Part shown: positions 8,204 to 16,188 of the stretch, piece after piece | How the letters are laid out: every line of letters begins with the position of its first letter | Numbering within the stretch: the first letter of the stretch is position 1 | Source: Candidatus Saccharimonadota bacterium | Lineage (GTDB): Archaea > Micrarchaeota > Micrarchaeia > Micrarchaeales > Micrarchaeaceae | Length of the DNA: 32,000 bases | Reading direction: 5' to 3' | NCBI RefSeq assembly: GCF_002214165.1 | Contig: NZ_CP019964.1 | Span: 480,001-512,000 of the forward strand | Translations under genes and position numbers: made by a program | Notes under the pieces: model-generated | What the model was told of the DNA's origin: nothing | What the model saw: only the letters and a program-made list of their open reading frames with translations | The model's database searches: none

Positions 8204-10933
8204 TCACATTGAATCTATTATTCTTTCAAGCAGCAGATCGCTTTCGCCTTCGGCTGCCTTCTTCACTATATCAACAAACTTGCCGGGATCCTTCTTGCAT
8301 TCAAGGAAATCGTTCGTTTTCTTCAAGAAATTGTTCAGGAGCGTTTTGGAATTGCCTGTATCGACTATATCGTATTCCATTTTGCCTGTATTTATCTTTC
8401 CTTTTAGACCCAGGTACATCACCTTGGAGCTTATCTTGTCCAATTGTACGTTGTGCTTCAAAGAGTATAGCTTTCTGTATACCTCCAGCTGCTTCCTATG
8501 TGCGGTGTTGTAATCCTCGGTCTTGTCCGTCTTGTAGTCTATAAGTATGTATCTCCCGTTTTCATCTGCATATACCGCGTCTATTTTTCCATGGAATGAC
8601 ATTTCGTCGGGTGCACTGCTTAAGAGAGAATTTAGGGGCACTGCTATACTCTCTTCTGCCGCGACCTGCTCTGCCCCGGTCGTCTTCGTGAGCTCGGCCC
8701 TTGCGGCTTTTAGGTTGTCGAAGTACGGCTTTTCCTCCTCATCCATGCTTGCTTCATCCACATTTCCGTGGAACATGCTCTCCGCTATCTGATGCACTCC
8801 CAATCCTTTGCTTAAAGACACATTCCCATAGTTTATCCCCAATATGACGTATTTGAGGAAATCCGCAGGTTTGTCAAATTTATCTATAGTTGAGAACGAT
8901 ATCGCGTTTATCCTGCTGAAATAGTCCTTTACCTCGTTATACGCCCATGGCTCCTTATACGAAAGGGCCTTCATTGCGCCTTCATAATCCTTGTTCACGA
9001 ACATTGAATAGGCTTCGTCGTACTTCCTGTGCTCGGGCTCCGGCATGATGTCGTCCTTTATGTCTATCTCCTCCGATATTCCATCCACCTTGTGCGAATT
9101 GAGGAATTTTGCATCTGCAACTATGTATAGAAGGTCTTTTGCCCTGGTAATCGCAACGAAGTCAACCCTCGACTCCTCGTCGCTTAATTCATCCCTTACC
9201 TCAATTCCTATCGTTGCCTTTATTACCGCCAATGTTACAACGTCTATAAAGCTAAGATTGTTCCTTTCCGACTGCTTTGGGATGTATATCACATTCTTGA
9301 ATTCAAGCCCCTTTGCCTTGTGCACCGTTGTCAGAGTAACCCCCTCATCGGTTGTTGGAGGCTGATAGTCCTCCTGGGTTATCGATATGTAGTCGAAAAG
9401 CTCTTTTGGATCGTTGTTATAGCCGATTAATTCGTAGAACTCATTTATGCTGTTAAGTACGGTCCTTGCGGTTATAAAGTAATCCATGCCGATCTGCGCG
9501 GATATGGGGAATATTACATCTTGGAACAAGCGGTTCAGTCCGATCCTTCCGGAGCAGCTTTCGCGAAGCTCGAAAAATTTAGGGGCTCTGCTCTTGATTT
9601 CCTTTATCGTGCTGCACTCTTTGCTGATGGCTATCGCCTTGTATGTCGGCAGCCCAGCGAATGCGGTATTCAGGGCATTGATTATGTATTCCGTATCCTC
9701 ATAAAAGAATCCCTTAAGGTAATTGACAATCTCGGCCTTGGCTGCTTCCGAGGTGGAATTGCTTGCCGTTGTCTTGTACTTTATTCCCTCAGAGTCAAGC
9801 AGCCTTGAAACGGCCAAGAGCTGGCCGTTTGTCCTTGTTATTATTGCGGTATCGTTCAGTTCATCCCCTAATTCCTTAAGCACTTTTACTGCGGGCCCGA
9901 ATGACTTTTGGGAATTTACCATCCTCACCTTCCCTCCCTCTTCACTGCTTGAGAAGTCCTTGAGCTCCTCAATATATGAATCAACCTCCTCCCTGCTTTT
10001 TATATTGTTTATAAATGCATTTTTCGCATATTCGACTATCCTGTCCTTGCTCCTGTAGTTCTTGCTCAAGTGCTCTAGCTGCAATCCGGATTTGCTGAAA
10101 TGATTGAAATTGCCTATGCTGCCGCCTTGGAACCCGAATATGGATTGTTTTCTGTCCCCTACCAGGAATAGCGAATCCCCGCTCATCACCGCAATATTTG
10201 CCTCCATCTCGTTTACGTCCTGGAGCTCGTCTACAAGCACCCATTTGTAGTGCCTTGCATTTCTGTCGTAATGCTCTATGAATTTAAGGAGCATGTCGTT
10301 GTAATCTATAAAGCCCTCTTTCTTGCTGCTCTCGTAGTCCTTGAACGCGGAAACAAAGTAGTCAAGGAATTTCTCAACCTCCTCCAACGTTACGGATTGT
10401 ATTCTTGAATCATTGTATATCTCCCTTATGTTTTCCCTTGCCTTATCCATATCTATCTTTTCGGGCGTTATACCAAAGCTTTTCATATACCTTATCGCGT
10501 TTTCGGTATTCGGCATCAATGTTGATATTATGTGGTCCTTTGAGTAATTGAATGCCTTGTTGGCTTCAAAGCTCTTGTAGATTGAATAGCGCATTATGTT
10601 GTTGCTTACAAGCTGGTATGAATTGCCGATTTCCTGCAGGTAATCGAGTGCATAGCTGTGGAAAGTCGATATCTTCAGGTCGGCAATCCTTGATTGGTCT
10701 ATCCCCTTATCCTTTGACATCTTGAATATCTTGCTCTGCATCTCGGCTGCCGCTTTCTCTGTAAATGTGATGCAGAGTATATCCTTTGATTGCACTCCTC
10801 CAATGAGAAGCTCTATAACCTTATTCGCAAGGCGGGTCGTCTTTCCCGTCCCCGGGCTTGCGATAACAATGGTCCCGTTCAAATTGCTTACTTTATTGTC
10901 CATATCAACACCGGTAAAACAGTCTCCTTGCAT
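8204..10933 (-). CDS. UvrD/PcrA-type SF1 helicase fused to a C-terminal PD-(D/E)XK (RecB/AddB-like) nuclease
   Basis: Helicase motifs: Walker A SPGTGKTT, CITFTEKAAAEM, VLVDELQDV, LVGDRKQSIFGFQG, KNYRS, TVHKAKGLEFKNV, VAITRAKDLLYIV. The C-terminal GKIDAVYADENGRYILIDYKTDK...QLEVY is nuclease-like. An alternative ATG is at 10903. Confidence 0.9.
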   Translation of the reverse strand: MQGDCFTGVDMDNKVSNLNGTIVIASPGTGKTTRLANKVIELLIGGVQSKDILCITFTEKAAAEMQSKIFKMSKDKGIDQSRIADLKISTFHSYALDYLQEIGNSYQLVSNNIMRYSIYKSFEANKAFNYSKDHIISTLMPNTENAIRYMKSFGITPEKIDMDKARENIREIYNDSRIQSVTLEEVEKFLDYFVSAFKDYESSKKEGFIDYNDMLLKFIEHYDRNARHYKWVLVDELQDVNEMEANIAVMSGDSLFLVGDRKQSIFGFQGGSIGNFNHFSKSGLQLEHLSKNYRSKDRIVEYAKNAFINNIKSREEVDSYIEELKDFSSSEEGGKVRMVNSQKSFGPAVKVLKELGDELNDTAIITRTNGQLLAVSRLLDSEGIKYKTTASNSTSEAAKAEIVNYLKGFFYEDTEYIINALNTAFAGLPTYKAIAISKECSTIKEIKSRAPKFFELRESCSGRIGLNRLFQDVIFPISAQIGMDYFITARTVLNSINEFYELIGYNNDPKELFDYISITQEDYQPPTTDEGVTLTTVHKAKGLEFKNVIYIPKQSERNNLSFIDVVTLAVIKATIGIEVRDELSDEESRVDFVAITRAKDLLYIVADAKFLNSHKVDGISEEIDIKDDIMPEPEHRKYDEAYSMFVNKDYEGAMKALSYKEPWAYNEVKDYFSRINAISFSTIDKFDKPADFLKYVILGINYGNVSLSKGLGVHQIAESMFHGNVDEASMDEEEKPYFDNLKAARAELTKTTGAEQVAAEESIAVPLNSLLSSAPDEMSFHGKIDAVYADENGRYILIDYKTDKTEDYNTAHRKQLEVYRKLYSLKHNVQLDKISSKVMYLGLKGKINTGKMEYDIVDTGNSKTLLNNFLKKTNDFLECKKDPGKFVDIVKKAAEGESDLLLERIIDSM

Positions 10934-11056
10934 GCAAGATTACGCTCGGATGCGCATGTAAGCCAAAATCCCCTTATTGGATTAAGCAAACAATGCTTAT
11001 ATATGTTGCATTGCCATCGCTCGCTGGTGCATTAGGCATGCGGGATAAAGCGGTTT

Positions 11057-12178
11057 TTACTCAAGGCTGCTGAAGTAATTGTCCGCCTGTTCCTTGTCCT
11101 TTTGATTTGGATTCATATGGAAATCGACCGCCGCATTTCCGTATAGGACATTTGGCGGATTCAGGTATGCTTCAAGCTCTTTCAGCTGCCTCTCGTCCTT
11201 CGAAAAGAAAACAAGGCTTGGGCCGGTGTCGGCAGTGACATATACGCCATCGTTCGATTTTTTGAAATCGAAGAACTTGCCAAGATTGCTCATGCTGCTG
11301 TTGTTGTGCACAAAGAATCCCGATGACATCAGTATCCCGTCAAGCCTGAACATGTCCTTTTCTGCCATCGAAAGGAGGTCCTCGGCTGAAAATGGGTTTT
11401 CGAGCAGCGCCTTTATCCTGTTGTACTTTCCAAAGATCCAATTCTTATAGAAATCTGATTGCACTGCTGCGGAATGCGCACTTATCGTCTCTATCAATGA
11501 CTTTTCTGGTATTGTGAAAAATTTGATGCCTTTGTAATCAGCCTCCATCCTCTCCGCATAGCACTCTTCGTTGGCTATACCTGGAAATGACATCCATAAT
11601 GATATCCCTCCTGCGGCGGACCTGCTGCCGGATCCTGAAACAAGCCTCGCATACCTTGAGACAAATGCGGTATCGCCAACTGCCTCTTTACCGAAAACGC
11701 ATCCCAAAAGAGCCCTTGCCGTTGCCGAAGCCACTGCCGCGGATTCTCCCAGCCCCTTTGCTTCTTTGTACCTGCGCTCCCTTTTGAGGAAGAACTGGAA
11801 GCTTCCTTCTATACTGTTCTCTTTTCGGAATAGGTCCAATGCCTTCTCCATCCTGCCTAGGTACTTCTCGTTTGTTGTGCCGTCCACCATTATCGAGTCC
11901 TTGCCCGATTTCGAATACCTGCAGAACGCCTTCGCAACACTGAAATCGGTATTCATTGATATTGACGGGCTGTATGCTATGTTCATTGATGGGTCATAGT
12001 AGCCCAAAAACTTTTCCATCCCTATTATAGGATTTCCTTCTCCATAGCTGATCTCTCCATCATGCGGGTCTGCTGTGTACCTTTTGGTTGAAAGGAATTT
12101 TCCGTTTTTTTGGGCAATCTTCTGGATTGCTGATCCCATTGCCTTCAGTTCCTGCATTTCAGAATTAGTCATCTCCAT
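11057..12178 (-). CDS. mevalonate-3,5-bisphosphate decarboxylase (diphosphomevalonate-decarboxylase homologue, Ta0893-like)
   Basis: GHMP/MDD-family features include RLVSGSGSRSAAGG (compare MDD GSGSACRS). Its length and operon context with the two Thermoplasma-type kinases support the call. Its start overlaps the upstream stop by 14 nt (ATGGAGATGACTAA). Confidence 0.7.
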   Translation of the reverse strand: MEMTNSEMQELKAMGSAIQKIAQKNGKFLSTKRYTADPHDGEISYGEGNPIIGMEKFLGYYDPSMNIAYSPSISMNTDFSVAKAFCRYSKSGKDSIMVDGTTNEKYLGRMEKALDLFRKENSIEGSFQFFLKRERRYKEAKGLGESAAVASATARALLGCVFGKEAVGDTAFVSRYARLVSGSGSRSAAGGISLWMSFPGIANEECYAERMEADYKGIKFFTIPEKSLIETISAHSAAVQSDFYKNWIFGKYNRIKALLENPFSAEDLLSMAEKDMFRLDGILMSSGFFVHNNSSMSNLGKFFDFKKSNDGVYVTADTGPSLVFFSKDERQLKELEAYLNPPNVLYGNAAVDFHMNPNQKDKEQADNYFSSLE

Positions 12179-12785
12179 AGTACTCTCCTACAAACTTGAT
12201 TACATCATCGCGTGTTTTTGCGTAATCCGTATTGTCAAATATTCTCATGCTGTTCTTCTTTAGCAGGTCTATTGAATAGTCCATTATGGACCTATATACA
12301 TCCAACTGGGCCGAAAGCCTGCTTCCAGGGGATTTCTTGTGCGTGTAAAGTTCGCGCTCGTTAAGCCTTTTTGAATGCAGATCCCAATCGGATATGTAAA
12401 GGTATGCGGAGCATGCATTGTATTTTTTAAGTGTGTCCAAAAGCTCCTGATTCAGGTAAAGGGATTCGACAATAACGTTTTCCCCATTCTTGTCGGCACG
12501 CTCAATCACCGCATTTATTCCGCTGCATATGGGCTTTGACTGCTCGAGGTATCCTTTTATTATGTTTTCATTGGTCTTTTCCCCAAATTCCTTCCAAGCC
12601 TCGTACACGCTTGTCATCAGGTTATTGCCTTCGCCTTTTGATGATATTATTGGCCTTGCAAACTCCCTAAGATAGTCTCCTGAAAGCATTATGTCTATAT
12701 TGTACTTCCTTGATAATGCCCCCGATATGCTTGTCTTGCCAACTCCAGGCACGCCGCCTATGAATATTATCTTGTAATCTGCCAT
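12165..12785 (-). CDS. mevalonate-3-phosphate 5-kinase (2-phosphoglycerate-kinase-like P-loop kinase, Ta0762-like)
   Basis: The N-terminus IIFIGGVPGVGKTSIS...LSGDYLREFARP matches the 2PGK-domain pattern. The roughly 200-aa size matches the Thermoplasma enzyme class. It sits between two MDD homologues. Confidence 0.7.
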   Translation of the reverse strand: MADYKIIFIGGVPGVGKTSISGALSRKYNIDIMLSGDYLREFARPIISSKGEGNNLMTSVYEAWKEFGEKTNENIIKGYLEQSKPICSGINAVIERADKNGENVIVESLYLNQELLDTLKKYNACSAYLYISDWDLHSKRLNERELYTHKKSPGSRLSAQLDVYRSIMDYSIDLLKKNSMRIFDNTDYAKTRDDVIKFVGEYYGDD

Positions 12786-12792
12786 TTTACCA

Positions 12793-13779
12793 TCATTCGT
12801 ATTTTACTTCTGTGACCCTTGCGGATGGCGCTACTTTGTACTCGACAGGTTTCTGTCCTCTGCTCCTTAGCTCCTTAAGCACATCACTTGCATAAGGATC
12901 CCATGTGAAGGCATTTATTACATTGCCTCCACCTGCAGTCCAGTATACGGGAAGACCCGACTGCCTTATCTCTTCTACGTCTATCACCGCATTCATCATC
13001 TCCTTCTTCCTTGCCCTGCCTCCTGAGCTCTCTATCAGGTAGTGAGCGTTTGAGCAGTTGTCCTCGGCATTGGAGAACACCATGTTCCAGTCCTTGTGCA
13101 GCAGCCCCAGTTTTATCTTGGCCTCCCACTGCGGCACCATCTTAAGCCTGTAGTCGTAGAATGGGCTGCTCCTCGTAAGCTGGAATATCTCTGCGGCGGA
13201 CAGCCTGCTGTCGTAATCAAATGTCATCGCAAATATGTGTATGTCCTTAAGGTCTTCCTCCGATGCAAGCTGCTTTGCATAAGGGGCTCCGGGGCCTTCC
13301 ACAACCAGTGTATTGAGCCCTCCGTAAACAGCCCTTATTGCGGATTCCGATATCTTGTTGGCAAGGAACGCAATCTTTTCGGTTTCGTAATTTGTCCCAA
13401 ACATCTTGTCCAAAGCGACAACAAATGCCGCCGCACCGGCATCGCTGCTCCCGGCAAATACGTTGTAGTTGTCCGACTCCGCCTTTATCCCATAGTTCTT
13501 TCCGCTTTCTTTCTGGAATGCCCTGAGCACCTCCGACATCGATTGCACCCTCTCCAATTGCAGTGCCTTGCCGTTCAGGATGAAACTTTCCAGCTCTCCC
13601 GAATCCGTCCTGCTTATGTGAGTCACAACCTTTGTCTTGCCTTCATTGTCGGTAACCGAAAGCCCCATTGAGTTGTGCAGAGGCAGCCTGTTGTCCCGTA
13701 CGCTCGATACAAATATTATGGGTATCGTTGGATTTGCTTCTGCTTTTACCTCTGATATTATTTTTTCATCTTTAGCCAT
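12793..13779 (-). CDS. mevalonate 3-kinase (MDD homologue, Ta1305/PTO1356-like)
   Basis: FAGSSDAGAAAFVVAL, ISESAIRAVYGGLNTL, FAMTFDYDSR and TAGGGNVINAF parallel blocks I recall from T. acidophilum Ta1305 (SGSSDAGAAS, VSESAGRSLFGGL, AFAFDYQR, TGGSNVYV). 328 aa. Confidence 0.75.
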   Translation of the reverse strand: MAKDEKIISEVKAEANPTIPIIFVSSVRDNRLPLHNSMGLSVTDNEGKTKVVTHISRTDSGELESFILNGKALQLERVQSMSEVLRAFQKESGKNYGIKAESDNYNVFAGSSDAGAAAFVVALDKMFGTNYETEKIAFLANKISESAIRAVYGGLNTLVVEGPGAPYAKQLASEEDLKDIHIFAMTFDYDSRLSAAEIFQLTRSSPFYDYRLKMVPQWEAKIKLGLLHKDWNMVFSNAEDNCSNAHYLIESSGGRARKKEMMNAVIDVEEIRQSGLPVYWTAGGGNVINAFTWDPYASDVLKELRSRGQKPVEYKVAPSARVTEVKYE

Positions 13780-13951
13780 AGTTGCACCTTAAGATCATTA
13801 ATCTGCATATTTTATTTTATATATGACAGTCATTATTTTGATTTAGTCTTTTTAACTTAATTCAAGGATATGGACAATTGTCTATTTGCAGGGAAACTGC
13901 CCTATTTTTATACAAAAAACTTTTAAAAGTAAGCTGCATATTTTAACTTCG

Positions 13952-14794
13952 GTGGATATATTGTATGTGTACGTGAGGAACATTGAACTGCCGCGCGCTG
14001 AAATAATTGGATGCAGCAGAAAACTTGATGACGAAGGGAAGGGGGCAAGCATAGAATTTCATTTGGACGATTACAGTATTGCAAAGGAATTCACGTCTTC
14101 TGACAAAAGCGTAAAGATTGAGAGGGAGGAAAAAGAGAAAGATCCAGGTAGGCAGAACAGTGCATCTGGGTATTCCTACTTTATCTCTTATGAACATGAA
14201 GGGCGCAGGCACCGGATTGGGCTGTACCCAAGAAGCATGGATGAAAAGGCAGTTCTTGATTACCTGAGCTCCCACCAGGGGCACTTCAAAACCGATGCCT
14301 ATTTCAGGGATATATTTGGCAACAATGTGAAAGTGGATTTTGCGTCTAGGTACTCCAGTACACTGAGGATATCATCACGTGTAAAAAGGCTGAAAGTTGA
14401 AAGCGACCTATACTTTGACGAGAATGAAAATTGCCAGACCTTGTCAATACCATATATACCTAACAAGCTCGCAAAGAAGCTTGAGACAGCAGAGAACCTG
14501 GTGGTTGAAAAGGTAAAATACCTTTATCCATCAGTTCCGGGTATTTTCAATAATGCGGGCAAGGATTATGATTACGCCATCAGCTTCAAATACCATGGGA
14601 TTAGGGATGAGATATACTTGGAACCTGTCAAGGAGGAGACCGAAAAGATGCTAGAATATCTATCATCCAATGGGAAGCTGTTAAGATATGGCAATATACG
14701 CACAGGAGATGGAACTTCCTCGATGGATATAGACTTCTCGTTGAAATACGAGATGGTTGACTTATATCTGGATGGAAAGAAGTTCCGCAGATGA
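13952..14794 (+). CDS. hypothetical protein built from two copies of an approximately 110-aa module
   Basis: Internal repeat: GYSYFISYEHEGRRHRIGLYPRSMDEKAVLDYLSSHQG...VKVDFASRY versus DYDYAISFKYHGIRDEIYLEPVKEETEKMLEYLSSNGK...MDIDFSLKY. There is no in-frame ATG near the 5' end. Candidate starts are GTG 13952/13967/13973; the track uses TTG 13886, which lies inside AT-rich promoter-like sequence. Confidence 0.6.
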   Translation: MDILYVYVRNIELPRAEIIGCSRKLDDEGKGASIEFHLDDYSIAKEFTSSDKSVKIEREEKEKDPGRQNSASGYSYFISYEHEGRRHRIGLYPRSMDEKAVLDYLSSHQGHFKTDAYFRDIFGNNVKVDFASRYSSTLRISSRVKRLKVESDLYFDENENCQTLSIPYIPNKLAKKLETAENLVVEKVKYLYPSVPGIFNNAGKDYDYAISFKYHGIRDEIYLEPVKEETEKMLEYLSSNGKLLRYGNIRTGDGTSSMDIDFSLKYEMVDLYLDGKKFRR

Positions 14795-14803
14795 TAGAAA
14801 AAT

Positions 14804-14819
14804 AATATATATTTGAATA
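14804..14819 (+). promoter_or_regulatory. TATA-box-like promoter motif AATATATATTTGAATA
   Basis: A 16-nt motif identical to 16150-16165. It ends 26 nt before ATG 14845, which fits an archaeal TATA box with a short or absent leader. Confidence 0.5.
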
Positions 14820-14844
14820 GCTTTTATTTTATCTAGTTGCTTTT

Positions 14845-16104
14845 ATGGCCTATAAGATAAAAGATTTAAACAATCAAGAATCCGATGCAAACCTAAAATC
14901 GCTCAACAGGGATCGTAAGGATCATCGCAGTGCAGGGCAGAGCAAAGAGGAAGAGCTAAATAGGCATTTCAAGGAATCCGATATTGAGAGATTCAAGGAT
15001 GCTGTTAAAATAGTCTACAGGAACTCGGTTGAGGGCTACAAGGGGCTCGTCCAAAAATACCGCACTGGGTTTAAGGCGCCGATTCTTTATTTTGATTTTG
15101 ACGATTCCTATAAAACGGCTTCTGGTTTTATTGATGATTCAAGGCTTAGCTTCAAAGTCCTTGGCGCTTACGATTTTATTTCGAATAGGATAATAATAAA
15201 ACCTGGCCTTCTTTACAAGTATGTCAATCATGGTTGTAAAACCTATAGCATTGAGCACACTGTAAATCATGAGATAGCGCATTCTTTGGTCAAACAATTG
15301 GGCCTTGCCGATGAAAGCATGGAGGAAGGCAAAACAGATTTCCATGGGATTGTCAAAGGCGAACTGCTCGCCAACCTGTTTGCGGCAGAACTTGAGGTTG
15401 CCAAGCAGGGGCTGCCGATTTCCAATGAATCCATGGCTAGGCAGCTAATCAAGGACGATTCAGACCTGGAGTACCTGTCCAAGGACATAGATGCTGCAAA
15501 GGCATATTTTAGGTGGCTCAATAAGTATTCAAGGGAGGCACAGAATGCCATTGAACATATATCGTATGAAGTATACAAGTACATAAAGAAATCGGAAGGG
15601 TCGGGGAAAGTAATCGATTATGATGCGGTAAATGATTATTATTCGGAAAAGGTTGACAAAGTGCTAAAGAATTACTTGGTCAACATAATGAGGAATTATG
15701 CCATATCGGTTTACAGCGCACCGGTTCTTGGAGCGGCAAAGGCACTGCTTAGCGAAAGAAAGGGTGTTGAAGAGATAATCAATAGCGTTTCAAAGGATAT
15801 GTCATCCGTTAAGGAGATCCGGAGGTATCTTAAGGGTTCGTTCGCCTCAGTTGATCTTAGATCCATGTCCATTACAAAGCCCGGCTCCATAAAGCGTATA
15901 CCAATCAAGCTTGTAACAGAATCCCTTAAGAACGAAGGCATATACTTTGATTATAAAAGCACGTTTTCTAGAATAGCGGATAGTGTTGAGGACGAGTTCG
16001 ACGAAATCGGCCATTACCTTTCTAAGAATCTAAGAACTGAAAGGAAACTGCTTAGGGACCTTTCACGGATGGAAAAACGGTTTGGCATAAATTCCATTTG
16101 GTAA
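14845..16104 (+). CDS. uncharacterised cytoplasmic protein with a single HExxH zincin-like motif (paralogue 1)
   Basis: NRIIIKPGLL...SIEHTVNHEIAHSL. No signal peptide or TM segment. It is a paralogue of the next gene along its whole length. Confidence 0.8.
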   Translation: MAYKIKDLNNQESDANLKSLNRDRKDHRSAGQSKEEELNRHFKESDIERFKDAVKIVYRNSVEGYKGLVQKYRTGFKAPILYFDFDDSYKTASGFIDDSRLSFKVLGAYDFISNRIIIKPGLLYKYVNHGCKTYSIEHTVNHEIAHSLVKQLGLADESMEEGKTDFHGIVKGELLANLFAAELEVAKQGLPISNESMARQLIKDDSDLEYLSKDIDAAKAYFRWLNKYSREAQNAIEHISYEVYKYIKKSEGSGKVIDYDAVNDYYSEKVDKVLKNYLVNIMRNYAISVYSAPVLGAAKALLSERKGVEEIINSVSKDMSSVKEIRRYLKGSFASVDLRSMSITKPGSIKRIPIKLVTESLKNEGIYFDYKSTFSRIADSVEDEFDEIGHYLSKNLRTERKLLRDLSRMEKRFGINSIW

Positions 16105-16149
16105 AGCTGTTGCTCTGAATTTAAGGGATCCGCAGATCGCTTGGCAACT

Positions 16150-16165
16150 AATATATATTTGAATA
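16150..16165 (+). promoter_or_regulatory. TATA-box-like promoter motif AATATATATTTGAATA (second copy)
   Basis: Identical to 14804-14819. It ends 24 nt before ATG 16189. Confidence 0.5.
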
Positions 16166-16188
16166 TGGATAAGCTTATTGGTGTTCCT

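Noticed and set aside
13096-13671. Long antisense ORFs opposite well-supported genes. This one is 191 aa; others include 1273-1920, 9723-10058, 11571-11999, 23506-24165, 25281-25787 and 26989-27663.
   Set aside because: Each lies fully inside a gene with clear family motifs on the other strand. Their translations are Ser/Cys/Arg/Leu-rich with no motifs, and they are the expected by-product of codon bias. I have no evidence for overlapping genes.
13873-13882. Perfect 10-bp palindrome GACAATTGTC in the divergent promoter region between the mevalonate operon and the repeat-protein gene; a possible operator.
   Set aside because: A 10-bp perfect palindrome is expected tens of times by chance in 32 kb (about 32000 / 4^5). 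The flanks extend it only imperfectly and there is no second copy.
15361-15460. The idea that the identity islands between the HExxH paralogues are a diversity-generating-retroelement template/variable repeat pair.
   Set aside because: There is no reverse transcriptase in the window. The mismatches between the copies are a mix of transitions and transversions, not adenine-specific.
16141-16188. TTG-initiated extension of the second HExxH gene.
   Set aside because: It would contain the 16-nt promoter motif shared with paralogue 1. The N-terminal alignment of the paralogues supports ATG 16189.
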